Positions 10,802 to 21,563 of a DNA stretch of 64,000 bases are shown in pieces. The position numbers were made by a program, and so were the translations under genes. The notes under the pieces are model-generated. The model saw only the letters and a list, made by a program, of their open reading frames with translations, was not told the origin of the DNA and made no database searches. Position 1 is the stretch's first letter. Every line of letters begins with the position of its first letter. Origin of the DNA: an uncultured delta proteobacterium (lineage in GTDB: Bacteria; Desulfobacterota; Binatia; JACPRU01); assembly GCA_963745025.1 (NCBI GenBank), contig CAVUWD010000011.1, forward strand, positions 352,001 to 416,000. Direction: 5' to 3'.

Positions 10802-11030
10802 CCATCGCTATTTGTAGGCGACCGCCGCGCTGGACGGCCCGGTGAGCTTGATGACCTCGAAATCGCGGAAGCCGGCGCTCGTAACGTGCCCTGCGCCAGG
10901 CGCTAGCCCGGTAGGCTGCCTGGCCGGAGCTGGTTCGCGACCAACGGGAGCGATCTGTGGCGCAGCCTCCTAGCCCGCCTCGTTCCGTCCCGCCGGTCCC
11001 CCGAAAAAGTGCGCTCGACCCGGCGTCGGC

Positions 11031-11693
11031 TCAACGCGGTGAGCCATCCGGCAGGACGGAATCGAGGACCGTCCGAGCGAAGCGCTGGAGTTCCGCGCGG
11101 CTCCGGCCCGCAGCCTTCGACTGGGCGATGCCGTAAGCCGCACTGACGAGAGCGATTGCTCCGTCCTCGGGGGCGAGATCCGCTCGGATGCTGCCGTCCC
11201 TCTGTCCCGCACGGATCGTGTCCTTGATCATCCCGAAGACCCGATTCTGGAGCGCGCGGTAGCGATCCCACAACTCGTCCTCCGTCGCCATGCTCCATTC
11301 GAGCCAGATCCGCGCGTATTCGAGCTTGGCCTCGATGAGCTCCGTGATCCGCGCCAGATGATCGTAGAGGGCTTCCCGCGGAGGCTTGCCGCTCCGGTGC
11401 GCAGCGGTCGCCATTTCGAGAGCCCAGCGCGCCATGCTCTCGAAGACGGCCTCGCGGAGCGCGCGCCGTGTCGGGAAGTAGACGAAGATCGTCGACAGCG
11501 ACACGCCAGCTTCCTTGGCGACGTGCAGATGACCGGCCATCGCCACTCCCTCCCGGGCAAAGACCCTGATCGCGCAGTCGAGCAGCAACTCGCGCCGGAC
11601 CTCTGGGGCGAGGCGGCGGGCTCGCGGGCGTGACGCTTCGCGGAGCCCACTCGTCGTCTTCCTCTTCACAGCGGAGCCGCTTCGTCCCATCAT
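11031..11693 (-). CDS. TetR-family regulator of the Vibrio LuxR/HapR/SmcR type
   Basis: RLAPEVRRELLLDCAIRVFAREG...GHLHVAKEAGVSLSTIFVYFPTR and IWLEWSMATEDELW match recalled LuxR/HapR motifs. Confidence 0.8.
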   Translation of the reverse strand: MMGRSGSAVKRKTTSGLREASRPRARRLAPEVRRELLLDCAIRVFAREGVAMAGHLHVAKEAGVSLSTIFVYFPTRRALREAVFESMARWALEMATAAHRSGKPPREALYDHLARITELIEAKLEYARIWLEWSMATEDELWDRYRALQNRVFGMIKDTIRAGQRDGSIRADLAPEDGAIALVSAAYGIAQSKAAGRSRAELQRFARTVLDSVLPDGSPR

Positions 11694-11700
11694 GCAAAGC

Positions 11701-11756
11701 TTGACAGATTTCTTATTATGATGCTACTCAATATATAATGAGTGAATACTTAATAA
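11701..11756. promoter_or_regulatory. Divergent promoter with nested dyad operator
   Basis: AT-rich island: TTGACA at 11701-11706; TTATTA-N6-TACTCA-N8-TGAGTG-N6-TAATAA at 11713-11756. Confidence 0.7.
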
Positions 11757-11832
11757 CTCGATTCTTCGACGCCTCCGCTTCCCTGCTCGCGTAGGCTCGA
11801 CAGCGGCTCTCGAAGGCCGGGCGAGGAGCGTC

Positions 11833-13757
11833 ATGGGAACGCTGATCAACGTCGACAACGGCGGGACGCTGACCGACGTCTGCGTGATCGCCGACGGCAA
11901 GGTCTTTCGCACCAAGACGCTGACGACGCCCTACGACCTCTCCGAGTGCTTCTTCGAGGGGATGCGGCTGGCCTCGCGCGAGGTGCTCGGGCGGGATGAC
12001 GTCGAGACCCTTCTGCGCGGCGCGGATCTGATCCGCTACTCGACGACGCAGGGAACGAACGCCCTGGTCGAGAGGAAGGGCCAGCGTCTGGGGCTCGTCG
12101 TCGATGACGAGCAGCTCATCGCCGCGCTTTCCGACACGGTGGCGGCACAGGATCTCGTCTATGCGCTCGTCGCCGAGCGGGCACGCCGCGTGGACCCCTC
12201 GCTGGACGACGAGGTCTTCGACCGCGCCCTCGTCCGCGCGGTGAACGAGCTCACGGCGGCGGGAGCGAACCGGATCGTCGTGAGCTTTCCCGGCGGGATT
12301 CGGCCGCGCGGGAGCAGCGCGCCGAGCGGATCCTCCTCCAGCGCTTTCCCCTCCACCTTCTCGGAACCGTGCCCCTCCTTTTCGCGCACGAGCTCACCGA
12401 CGATCCCGATCCCGCCCGTCGCACCTGGACGGCTCTTCTCAACGCCTTCCTCCATCCCGCCATGGAACAGTTTCTCTACGCTGCCCAGCGACGGCTCCAG
12501 AAATTCAAGGGACGGGCACCTCTCCTCATCTTTCGGAACGACGGGGGATCGGCGCGGATCGCGAAGACGATCGCCATTCGGACGTGCGGCTCCGGCCCGC
12601 GCGGCGGGATGGAGGGCGTTCGGGCCCTGGCCCGCCACTACGGCTTCGAGGAGCTCGTCTCGGCCGACGTCGGCGGCACGACAACCGACGTGGGCACCGT
12701 GAGCGGCGGCGAGATTTGCCACCTCCGTCGCGGCGCGATCGAGGGTGTCGCGGTCTCGAACCCGCTCGCCGACGTCAAGAGCGTGGGTGTGGGCGGGAGC
12801 TCCGTCATCCGCGTGCAGGCCGGGACGCTGGAGGTCGGTCCGCAGAGCGTCGGCAGTGTTCCGGGTCCCGCTTGCTTCGGCCGCGGCGGGCGCGAGGCGA
12901 CGATCACCGACGCCTTCCTGCTGATGGGGATTCTGGATCCGAGGACGTTTTTCGGCGGCGGGCTCGAGCTCGACGCGGAGCGGAGCCGCGCCGCCGTCCT
13001 CGCGAATGTCGCCGTGCCCCTCGGCCTGCCGCTCGACGAGGCGCTCGTTGCGATGGAGGAGGCCTGGGCTAGGAAGATCGCCGAGGGGATCCGCCGGTCG
13101 GCTCCGATCTCGGATCGCACGGTTCTCGCAGCGTTCGGAGGCGCCGGAGCCCTCGCGGTCTGCCGCGTGGCCGAGCTCGTCAGCATCCATCGAGTCGTCC
13201 TCCCCGGTCTCGCCTCGGTCTTCAGCGCCATCGGCATCGGCTTCAGCGACCTCGCCCAAGAGTACGAGGCGCAGATCCGCGAGCACACGCCGGGGGCGCT
13301 GGATGCCCTGCTTCGAACGCTGCGCAAGCGGGCGGAGCGCGACATGTTCGCGGAACGCGTCTCCCCTGCGGAGTGCACGATCGAGACCTCGATAGTCGGC
13401 ACCGTCGACGGCCGGGAAACGACTTTCCCATACGCGCCGGGTGACGGAGTGGCGGGCGACGTCGCGGGCCTCGAAGACCTCGGGCTCCGCTTGCGGGTGG
13501 CGAAGCGCCTCGAGCACGTTTCGCTCGTCCCCGTGGGCGGGGAGCGGCCCTCACCGGCGACCGCCCCGGGGACCCGACGGGCGCACCTCGCCGGGCGGTG
13601 GCGGGACCTGCCCGTCTACCGGATCCACGAGCAGGCTCCGGGCGCGCGCGCCGAGGGTCCCGCGATCTTCGAGGAGCCCTTTCTCACGGGAACGCTCCTT
13701 CCGGGGTGGCGATTCGAGCTCACCGCGAACCGAGACGTCCTGCTCTCCCGGGCGTGA
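11833..13757 (+). CDS. Hydantoinase A/oxoprolinase-family ATPase subunit (ApcA-like); frameshift near 12296
   Basis: VDNGGTLTD, STTQGTNALVER, then in a second frame SGPRGG, DVGGTTTD, SVPGPACFGRGG; one extra G in the GGG run near 12296 restores the frame. Confidence 0.85.
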
Positions 13758-13768
13758 AGGAGAACACG

Positions 13769-14173
13769 ATGAAGGTGCCGATCACGGAATACCTGTGCAT
13801 CGAACTCGACACCGAGCAGTGGGAGTGCCGCGAATGCGGGCGCGGCCTCGGCTCCGCGCGGCAAAACTACAAGGAAGGGCTCCTGGTGCACGCCCGCGAC
13901 CCCCGGGAGATCCACCGCCCGCTCCTCGATCCGACCCTCTACGAGTACACATACTCCCCGGACCCGAACTGGTGCGCGATCCTCGAGTTCTACTGCCCCG
14001 GCTGCGGCACACTGGTCGAGACCGAGTACACGGTGCCCGGGCATCTGCCGATCCACGACATCGAGATCGACGTCGACGCGCTGAAGAAGCGCTGGGAAGG
14101 CATCAGTGAGTATCCTGCGGACCGCGGCAACCTGCCTGCGCCGCGCCTGCGAACGGACGACCACCGTCACTAA
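13769..14173 (+). CDS. Acetone carboxylase gamma / ApcB-like small Zn-binding subunit
   Basis: WECRECG, NYKEGLL, EFYCPGCG, PGHLPIHDIEIDVDALK; AAGGAG RBS. Confidence 0.88.
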   Translation: MKVPITEYLCIELDTEQWECRECGRGLGSARQNYKEGLLVHARDPREIHRPLLDPTLYEYTYSPDPNWCAILEFYCPGCGTLVETEYTVPGHLPIHDIEIDVDALKKRWEGISEYPADRGNLPAPRLRTDDHRH

Positions 14174-14196
14174 AGGAGCCCGCGGGGGATCTCGTC

Positions 14197-16330
14197 ATGA
14201 AGCGCGTCGCCGTCGACATCGGGGGAACGTTCACCGACTGCTTCGTCGCCTGGAACGGGCGCTTCGCCGAGGCCAAAGCGCTGACGACCCACCACAACCT
14301 AGCCCAGGGCTTCAACGAGGCCCTCGACCGCGCCTGCGAGGAGCTCGGCGTGGGCCGGGAAGAGCTGCTGTCGCAGGTCGACTCCGTGCGCTACGCGACG
14401 ACGCTCGGCACGAACGCCCTGATCGAGAGAAAGGGACCGAACCTCGGTCTGCTGATCACCCACGGGTTCGAGGGAACCGTCCCGGTGAGCCGGGGGCGAG
14501 GGTACGGCGACGGGCTCTCGATCTTCGAGAAGATGGATGTCACCAACGCGAAGCGCCCCGACCCGCTCGTGCCGATCCCCATGATCCGCGGAGTCCGCGA
14601 GCGCCTCGACTGGGCGGGGAACGTCGTGATCCCTCTCGACGAGGACGACGTCCGCGTGAAGATCCGTCGAGCTCGTCGAAAACGGGCTCGAAGGGCTCGT
14701 CGTGAGCACCGCGAATGGCATCGTGAATCCGGCGCACGAGCGGCGCATCCGCGAGATCTTTCTCGAAGAGTACCCGCGAAGCATGCTCGGCGCGATCCCG
14801 ATCATCCTCGCCTCGGAGGTAACCGGCCGCCGGGGAGAGTACGTGCGGACGACCTCGACGCTGATCGACGCCTACCTCCACTCCATCATGTACCACGCGA
14901 TGAGCCGGCTCGAGCTGAACCTCCGCGAGTCGCGCTACGAGAAGCCCATGCTCCTCGTCCACAACTCCGGGGGCATGGCGCAGCTCAACTCGACGGACGC
15001 GCTCCAGACCGTCCACTCCGGTCCGGTCGCCGGGATCCATGCAGGGGAGACGCTGGCGGAAGCGTCGGGGCTCGGCAACATCGTCACGACGGACATGGGC
15101 GGGACGAGCTTCGACATCGGGATCGTCGTCGAGGGCGGCATCAAGTTCTACGATTTCAACCCGACGATCGACCGCTTCCTCGTCGCTCTCCCCATGGTGC
15201 ACCTGACGTCACTCGGCGCCGGCGGCGGGTCGATTGCGCGCTACGACGCAACCTACGCGACGGTGCGGGTGGGACCGGACAGCGCGGGATCCGATCCCGG
15301 GCCCGCCTGCTACGACCGTGGCGGGACCACCCCGACCGTCACCGACGCCGACCTGCTCCTCGGCTTCCTCGACCTCGAGAACTACGCGCACGGGCGGATC
15401 CGCCTGAACCCGAAGCGCTCTCGGCGGGCCTTCGAGGAGCTGTGCGACGCGCTCGACATGGAGGCGCTCGACGTCGGCCGGCTGGTGCGGCGCCGCGTCG
15501 ACAACGACATGGCCGTCGGCATCGTCGCCGAGCTCGCCTCCCGCGGCTTGCGGCCCGAGCGCTTCACGATGCTCGCCTACGGCGGAAACGGACCGCTCCA
15601 CGCCTGCGGCATCGCCGCGATCGCCGGCATCGATCGCGTCCTCGTCCCGCCCTTCGCCTCGGTCTTTTCGGCCTGCGGCGCGGCGACGCTGCGGCAGATG
15701 CACATCCACGAGTACAATCGCCTCACCGATCTCTACAACCCGTTCACGCGAACCGTCTTCGACGATTACGGCCCCTTCAACCAGGTCGTGGAGGCGCTCG
15801 AGGAGCGGGGCCGCCAAGATCTCCTGCGGCAGGGTTTCGAGGCGAAGGACGTGCGCCACCGCCTCGAGCTCGACATTCGCTACGGCACGCAGCTGATCGA
15901 GACCGCGATCGTCTGCGACAAGACGCGGATCCACAGCGTGCGGGACGTACTGCAGATCATCGAGAAGCACGCCGAGGACTTCGCGACGCGCTACGGCGAG
16001 GCGAGCCGGAGCCCGGAATCCGGCGTGCGCGTCACGACCTATCGAGTCGCCTCCTGGGTCGAGACAGAGCGCCTGCAATTCGGGGACCTGACTCCCGGGC
16101 GGCTGCGGCGCCCGACGCCGCCGCCCGTCGGCACGAGGAGTTGCTACTTCGTCGATTCGCAGGATCCATTGGACGCGCCCTTCTACGACGGCCGGGCCCT
16201 CGAGCCGGGAGTCGGCCTCGACGGACCGGCGATCGTGAACCCGGGAGCGACGACCTACCTCGTCGAACCCGGCTGGCGCTACGAGGCCGTGGAGCAAGGG
16301 GCCGTCTGGCTGACGCGGCTCCCGGCGTAA
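14197..16330 (+). CDS. Hydantoinase A-family ATPase subunit (ApcC/AcxA-like); frameshift near 14668
   Basis: VDIGGTFTD, ATTLGTNALIER, HSGPVAG, DMGGTSFD, SDPGPACYDRGG, AYGGNGPLH. Confidence 0.88.
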
Positions 16331-16356
16331 GCACCGAAGCGCGGAGGATCGGCATC

Positions 16357-18666
16357 ATGAGCGAAGGAGAAGCGAGAGGGAGCCTGAGCGACCGTGAGCT
16401 CGTGGAGCGCTTCCTCAAGGCGAACGTCCGCTTTCTCGGTCCCGATCCAGAGATCATGCGGAACTTCCAGCTCGCCCCCCGCTCGGAGCGGGAGGAGCGG
16501 GTTCTTCGCGGCTCTACGGACCTGCACCTCTTCGAGGAGATCCGCAACGTCCTGAGCGGCGCCTGCAACCAGGACATGGACGTCGTCCGTCAGATGGTCG
16601 CCTCGCCGGCGGGACGCTTCGGAGACCTGTGTGTCGCGATCTTTGCCGCCAAGGGCGACATGGCCGTCGCTCCGTCGACCGGAGTCTTCGGGTTCTCGTC
16701 CGTCCTCCACTACGCGATTCGCTTCATCCTAAAGTACTACCGGGACGATCCCTCCGTCGGCCTGCGGCCCGGCGACTGCTTCGTGATGAACGACAGCTAC
16801 TACGGCGGGATCCACAACCCGGATCTTGCCTCCTTCATGCCCGTCTTCCACGACGGCGAGCTGGTCGCGTGGGTCTCCTGCGCGATGCACCATGGGGAGA
16901 TCGGAGCGGCGGACCCCGGCGGGATGGGTCCGATGATCGAGTCGCGGGCCGACGAGGGGCTGAAGATCCCGCCGACCCGCTACGCCGAAAACTACCGCAT
17001 CAAGACGGACCTGCTGACCTTCCTCCAGAACATGACGCGGGACGTGAACCTCATGGGCGTCGACCTGCGGACGCGCATGGCATCCTGCATCCGCATGGAG
17101 AAGAAGGTCCTCTCGCTGATCGCGCAGTACGGTATGGACGTGGTGGTCGGCGCGCTCCGGCACGGGATCGAGGCGGTCGAGGCCGAGGCCAGGCGGCGGA
17201 TCGCGGCTCTGCCCGATGGCACAGCTCGAGTCCAGATGTTCTCGGACTCGACGATGAGGGAGGACGCGCTGATCAAGGTTCACCTCGAGGCGACCCTGCG
17301 CGGAGGCGAGCTCGTCCTCGATTTCCGGGGAAGCTCTCCCCAGATCGGAAACCGGCCGATCAACCAGGCGTTTCACATCGCGGGCGTCTACGGGGCGATG
17401 ACTCTCTTCCAGTACTTCTGGCCCGACCTGCCCCACATCAACGCGGCGATGGCGCCCGTGCGGGTCGTGACCGATCCGGGCTCGATCCTCGACGCGCAGA
17501 ACGCTCCGGTCGCGCTCAGCATGCAACCCTTCTTCAAGGCGATCACGGCGATGCACGTGGCGCTGACGAAGCTCGGCTTCTCGGTGCCGGAGAAGCGAGC
17601 CCGGCCGATCGCGCCCTGGTTCAACCAGCCCCTCACCTTCATCTACGGCGGGCTCACGCAGCACATGCAGCAGGTCGGAAACCTCTGCGCCGACATCAAT
17701 GGGATGCCCGGCGGGGCGAAGTGGGACGACGATGGCGAGCACTCGATCGCCCCGAACTTTGCGGCCTACGTGGACTGCGGCGAGTCGGAGCTCACGGAGG
17801 AAGAGCTGCCGTTTCTCTATTTCACCTCGAAGCGGCTTTTGCGGGACAACGTCGGGTTCGGAAAGTTCCGCGGCGGCGCGGGTTACGAGATCGCGATCTC
17901 GAAGCGTGGCTCGCCTTTCTTCGGGTTCATGTCGATCTGCGGCGGTTCGAAGTTCCCCTCGACGATCGGCCTCTTCGGCGGCTACGCGTGCCCGACGTAT
18001 CCCCTCGCCAGGATCAAGGGGGTCAACGTGTTCGAGGAAATCCGCAAAGACCCCTCGAAGTTCCAGGCGTCGCTCGTCGACCTGATGAACCGCAGGCCCT
18101 TCCCAGGAGGGGACTACACGACTCACCGAAACGCCCTGCCGTTCGAGGTCGCCGAGGAGGGTGAGCTCTACATGACGTCCCAGGGAGCCGGTGGCGGCTA
18201 CGGCGACGTCCTGCAGAGGGATCCCGAGCGCGTGATGCGGGATCTACGCGAAGGGCTGATCTCCCACGAGACGGCGCGCGAGGTCTACAAAGTCGTCTAC
18301 GACGAGGAGACCCACGCCGTCGACGTCGACGCGACGAGACGCCTGCGGGACGACGAGCGAGAGGCGCGCAAGCGGCGCGGCGTTTCGTACGCCGAGTTCG
18401 TGAAGCGATGGTGCCGCGAGCGACCGCCCGAGGGGATCCCATACCTCGGCAGCTGGGGGCCGGACCGGACGACGCTCTGGACGCCGGCCGGGCCGATCCT
18501 GGCCGACCAGATCGGAGCGGGATACCTGTTCCCGGATCCAGGTCAGGTCGAGATCACGAGGCTCCGGGCCGCGCTCGAGGCGGCTGGGAAACGCATCGCC
18601 GAGTTCGAGGCCCGGGCCGGCGCCGACGACGGAGTGCGCAGGCCATGCAAGGGCCGGGAGGCGTAA
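16357..18666 (+). CDS. Hydantoinase B-family catalytic subunit (acetone carboxylase alpha-like)
   Basis: NDSYYGGIHNPD...CAMHHGEIGAADPGGM metal site, GFGKFRGGAG, GAGGGYGDVL; GGAGG RBS before ATG 16357. Confidence 0.88.
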   Translation: MSEGEARGSLSDRELVERFLKANVRFLGPDPEIMRNFQLAPRSEREERVLRGSTDLHLFEEIRNVLSGACNQDMDVVRQMVASPAGRFGDLCVAIFAAKGDMAVAPSTGVFGFSSVLHYAIRFILKYYRDDPSVGLRPGDCFVMNDSYYGGIHNPDLASFMPVFHDGELVAWVSCAMHHGEIGAADPGGMGPMIESRADEGLKIPPTRYAENYRIKTDLLTFLQNMTRDVNLMGVDLRTRMASCIRMEKKVLSLIAQYGMDVVVGALRHGIEAVEAEARRRIAALPDGTARVQMFSDSTMREDALIKVHLEATLRGGELVLDFRGSSPQIGNRPINQAFHIAGVYGAMTLFQYFWPDLPHINAAMAPVRVVTDPGSILDAQNAPVALSMQPFFKAITAMHVALTKLGFSVPEKRARPIAPWFNQPLTFIYGGLTQHMQQVGNLCADINGMPGGAKWDDDGEHSIAPNFAAYVDCGESELTEEELPFLYFTSKRLLRDNVGFGKFRGGAGYEIAISKRGSPFFGFMSICGGSKFPSTIGLFGGYACPTYPLARIKGVNVFEEIRKDPSKFQASLVDLMNRRPFPGGDYTTHRNALPFEVAEEGELYMTSQGAGGGYGDVLQRDPERVMRDLREGLISHETAREVYKVVYDEETHAVDVDATRRLRDDEREARKRRGVSYAEFVKRWCRERPPEGIPYLGSWGPDRTTLWTPAGPILADQIGAGYLFPDPGQVEITRLRAALEAAGKRIAEFEARAGADDGVRRPCKGREA

Positions 18667-20222
18667 TGAGAGTCATCGACTACTTCGATCGGGGTGCGCT
18701 CCTCGATCCAGGGCAGATCGCCCTGATCTCGAGCGGGGAGCGCTTCACCTACCGGGAGCTGCAAGGCGTTTCGCACCGCATCGCTGCGGCGATGGCGCGC
18801 CGCGGAATCGGTGGGGTGCCGCACGCGGCGATCCTGTCACGGAACGATCCCCTCGCCGTGCAGGCGCTCCTCGGAGTCTTCCGCGCCGGCGCCGCATGGG
18901 TGCCGATCAATCCGATGAATGCCGCCGACACGAACGCCGAGATCATGCGCTACGCCGACGTCGAGTGGCTCTTCTATCACGGCGATTCGGCGGCGCAGGT
19001 TCCGCGGTTCCGGGAGGCGGTGCCGACGCTCCGGCACCTCGTTTGCCTCGATCGCGACGACGGCGAGGTTCCGTCGCTCGCCCGGTTCATGGCGGACGAG
19101 GGGAACGGACCCGTGCCGCAGTTCCCTTGCGACCCGGACCGCCTCGTCGGGATCTTCCCGACGGGCGGGACCACGGGCCCCTCGAAGGCCGTGATTCACA
19201 CCGCCCTCGTCTGGCAAACCTGTTTCGTCCTCGCTCACCTTCACTGGTTCACCAAGGAGCGTCCCATCTTCCTCGGCGTGACCCCGATGACCCATGCAGC
19301 CGGTCTGATGGCCTACCTGCACACGGTTCGTGGCGGGACGATGATCCTCGAGGACGGGTTCGATCCGAAACGCTGGTGCGAGGCCGTCGAGACCCACCGC
19401 GCGACCCACAGTTTCCTCCCGCCGACGGCGCTCTATGCTCTGCTCGCCTATCCGGGCATCCGTAAGCACGACTTCTCGAGCCTTCGCTACTTCTGCGTCG
19501 CCGCCGCACCGGTCTCGCCGGACAAGCTGAGGGAGGCGGTCGAGGTCCTGGGTCCGTGCATGTGCGAGGTGTTCGGCCAGGCGGAGGCGCCGGCGTTCCT
19601 CACCGCGCTCTCTCCGGACGAGATCGCGGCCGCCGCGGCCGGCGCGAAGCCACACCTCCTCAAGAGCTGCGGCCGCCCGACGATGCTCGCCAAGGTTGGG
19701 ATCATGGACGACATGGGCAATCTCCTCGGTCCCCGAGAGACCGGCGAGATCGTCTCGCAGTCGTTCCTGAACGTGCCCGGGTACTACAAGAAGCCCGAGG
19801 CGACGGCGGAGGTCCGTCAGTTCGGATGGCACCATACGGGCGACGTCGGGTACTTCGACGAGGAAGGCTACTTCTACATCGTCGACCGGAAGAAGGACAT
19901 GATCATCACCGGCGGATTCAACGTCTTCTCCGCCGAAGTCGAGCAGGCCGTCCTCTCGGTCGAAGCGATCCAGGACTGCGCGGTGATCGGCATTCCCGAC
20001 CCGAAGTGGGGCGAGGCGGTGACGGCGATCGTGGAGCTCAAGGCGGGAAAGACAATCGCCGCCGACGAGGTCATCGCCGCCTGCAAAGCGAAGCTCGGCA
20101 GCGTCAAGGCGCCGAAGCGGATCGAGTTCCTGGCGAGCCTTCCCCGCACGCCGAACGGCAAAATCGACAAGGCGACGATCCGCAAGAAGTTCTGGGAAGG
20201 TCGCGAGCGGAGCGTCAACTGA
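18666..20222 (+). CDS. Acyl-CoA synthetase (AMP-binding)
   Basis: PTGGTTGPSK, FGQAE, WHHTGDVG, DRKKDMIITGG, PRTPNGKID; ATG overlaps the upstream TAA. Confidence 0.92.
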   Translation: MRVIDYFDRGALLDPGQIALISSGERFTYRELQGVSHRIAAAMARRGIGGVPHAAILSRNDPLAVQALLGVFRAGAAWVPINPMNAADTNAEIMRYADVEWLFYHGDSAAQVPRFREAVPTLRHLVCLDRDDGEVPSLARFMADEGNGPVPQFPCDPDRLVGIFPTGGTTGPSKAVIHTALVWQTCFVLAHLHWFTKERPIFLGVTPMTHAAGLMAYLHTVRGGTMILEDGFDPKRWCEAVETHRATHSFLPPTALYALLAYPGIRKHDFSSLRYFCVAAAPVSPDKLREAVEVLGPCMCEVFGQAEAPAFLTALSPDEIAAAAAGAKPHLLKSCGRPTMLAKVGIMDDMGNLLGPRETGEIVSQSFLNVPGYYKKPEATAEVRQFGWHHTGDVGYFDEEGYFYIVDRKKDMIITGGFNVFSAEVEQAVLSVEAIQDCAVIGIPDPKWGEAVTAIVELKAGKTIAADEVIAACKAKLGSVKAPKRIEFLASLPRTPNGKIDKATIRKKFWEGRERSVN

Positions 20223-20257
20223 CCGCACGGGTGAGCCACAACCAAGAAAGGGCAGGG

Positions 20258-21514
20258 ATGGAACCCGTTTACTTACTCGGCATCTACGCCACCCCGGTCC
20301 GCCGCTACGCGGACCGGACCTTCAAGGACCTGGTTCGCGAGGCCTGCGTGAACACCCTAGCCGATGCCCGCCTCGAGCGGCCTCCCGATCTCGGCATGGC
20401 CTACTTCGCCAACTCCTTCATGGACTACTGGGGCCAGTCGGCCTGTCGGGGCCACGTCTGTCTCGCGCCGCTCGTGGACGAGGGCATTCTTCCGGATCGC
20501 CTGCCCGTGGTGAACGTGGAGAGCGGCTGCGCGACCGGTTCGGCGGCCTTTCATTCCGCCTGCAGGGAGATCCTCGCCGGCGCGGCGGACGCGGCACTCG
20601 CCGTTGGCGTGGAGAAGCTCTACGACGACGCGAATCCGCGAGCTGTCCTCGCGCACATCGCGAGAGCGGCGGATCAGTTCGATCCGGATCACTGGCTCGC
20701 CATCTGGCGGGACTGGGCGTCCGAGGTCGGCAAGCAGCTCGGCCTCGGGGAGGATCGCTCCTTGGCGATGGACTATTACGCGACCGCCGCCCTCCACCAC
20801 ATGAAGCGCTACGGGACGACGGTCGAGCAGATTGCCCTCGCCGCCGCCCTCGGCCACAACCACGGGGCGAAGAACCCGCGCGCCCAGTATCGCTTCGAGA
20901 CGACGGTCGAGGAGGTGCTCGCGGACCGCGTGGTCTCCGCGCCGCTGACGCGCTCCATGTGCGCCCCCGTCGGCGACGGTGCGGCCGCCGCGCTCGTCTG
21001 CTCACGCCGCTTCCTCGAGCGGGTCTCTCCGGAGGCCCGCGCGCGGGCGCTGCGCGTCCGGGGTTGGGCCTTCGCGGGCGGGAAGTACGCCCCTACGCCG
21101 GACGAGCCGAAGACGGCGGAGGTCGCCGCGAAGAAGGCCTACGCCGCCGCGGGCGTGTCGCCGCGGGACATCGACCTTGTCGAGCTCCACGACGCCACCT
21201 CCTTCGCGACGGTTCACCTCGTGGAGGATCTCGGGCTCTGCCCCAGGGGAGAGGGCGGACGCTTCCTCGAGTCGGGAGCGACGAGGCTCGGCGGTGAGGT
21301 TCCGGTCAACCTCTCGGGCGGTCTCGTCGCCCGGGGCCATCCGATCGGCGCGACGGGCCTGATGATGCTGAACGAGCTCGCGATTCAGCTCCGCGGCGAG
21401 GCAGGGGACATGCAGATCGAGGGTGCGGCGATCGGGCTCCAGGAGAACGGCGGCGGGATCATCGGACGGGAGGTCGCGTCCGCATCGGTGATCCTGCTCG
21501 AACGCGAGCGGTAG
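20258..21514 (+). CDS. Thiolase family protein (SCP2-thiolase type)
   Basis: NVESGCATGS, ELHDA, GHPIGATG, ENGGG in place of CxGGG. Confidence 0.88.
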   Translation: MEPVYLLGIYATPVRRYADRTFKDLVREACVNTLADARLERPPDLGMAYFANSFMDYWGQSACRGHVCLAPLVDEGILPDRLPVVNVESGCATGSAAFHSACREILAGAADAALAVGVEKLYDDANPRAVLAHIARAADQFDPDHWLAIWRDWASEVGKQLGLGEDRSLAMDYYATAALHHMKRYGTTVEQIALAAALGHNHGAKNPRAQYRFETTVEEVLADRVVSAPLTRSMCAPVGDGAAAALVCSRRFLERVSPEARARALRVRGWAFAGGKYAPTPDEPKTAEVAAKKAYAAAGVSPRDIDLVELHDATSFATVHLVEDLGLCPRGEGGRFLESGATRLGGEVPVNLSGGLVARGHPIGATGLMMLNELAIQLRGEAGDMQIEGAAIGLQENGGGIIGREVASASVILLERER

Positions 21515-21563
21515 CGGAGGTCGAGTGTCCCACCAGGTCCGGCGTTGAGAGCGCCCGCGACCG

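Noticed and set aside
14197-18666. 1489-aa ORF suggesting a HyuA-HyuB fusion
   Set aside because: Artefact of the frameshift near 14668: the middle of this frame is nonsense, the real HyuA continues in another frame to 16330, and HyuB has its own RBS and ATG at 16357
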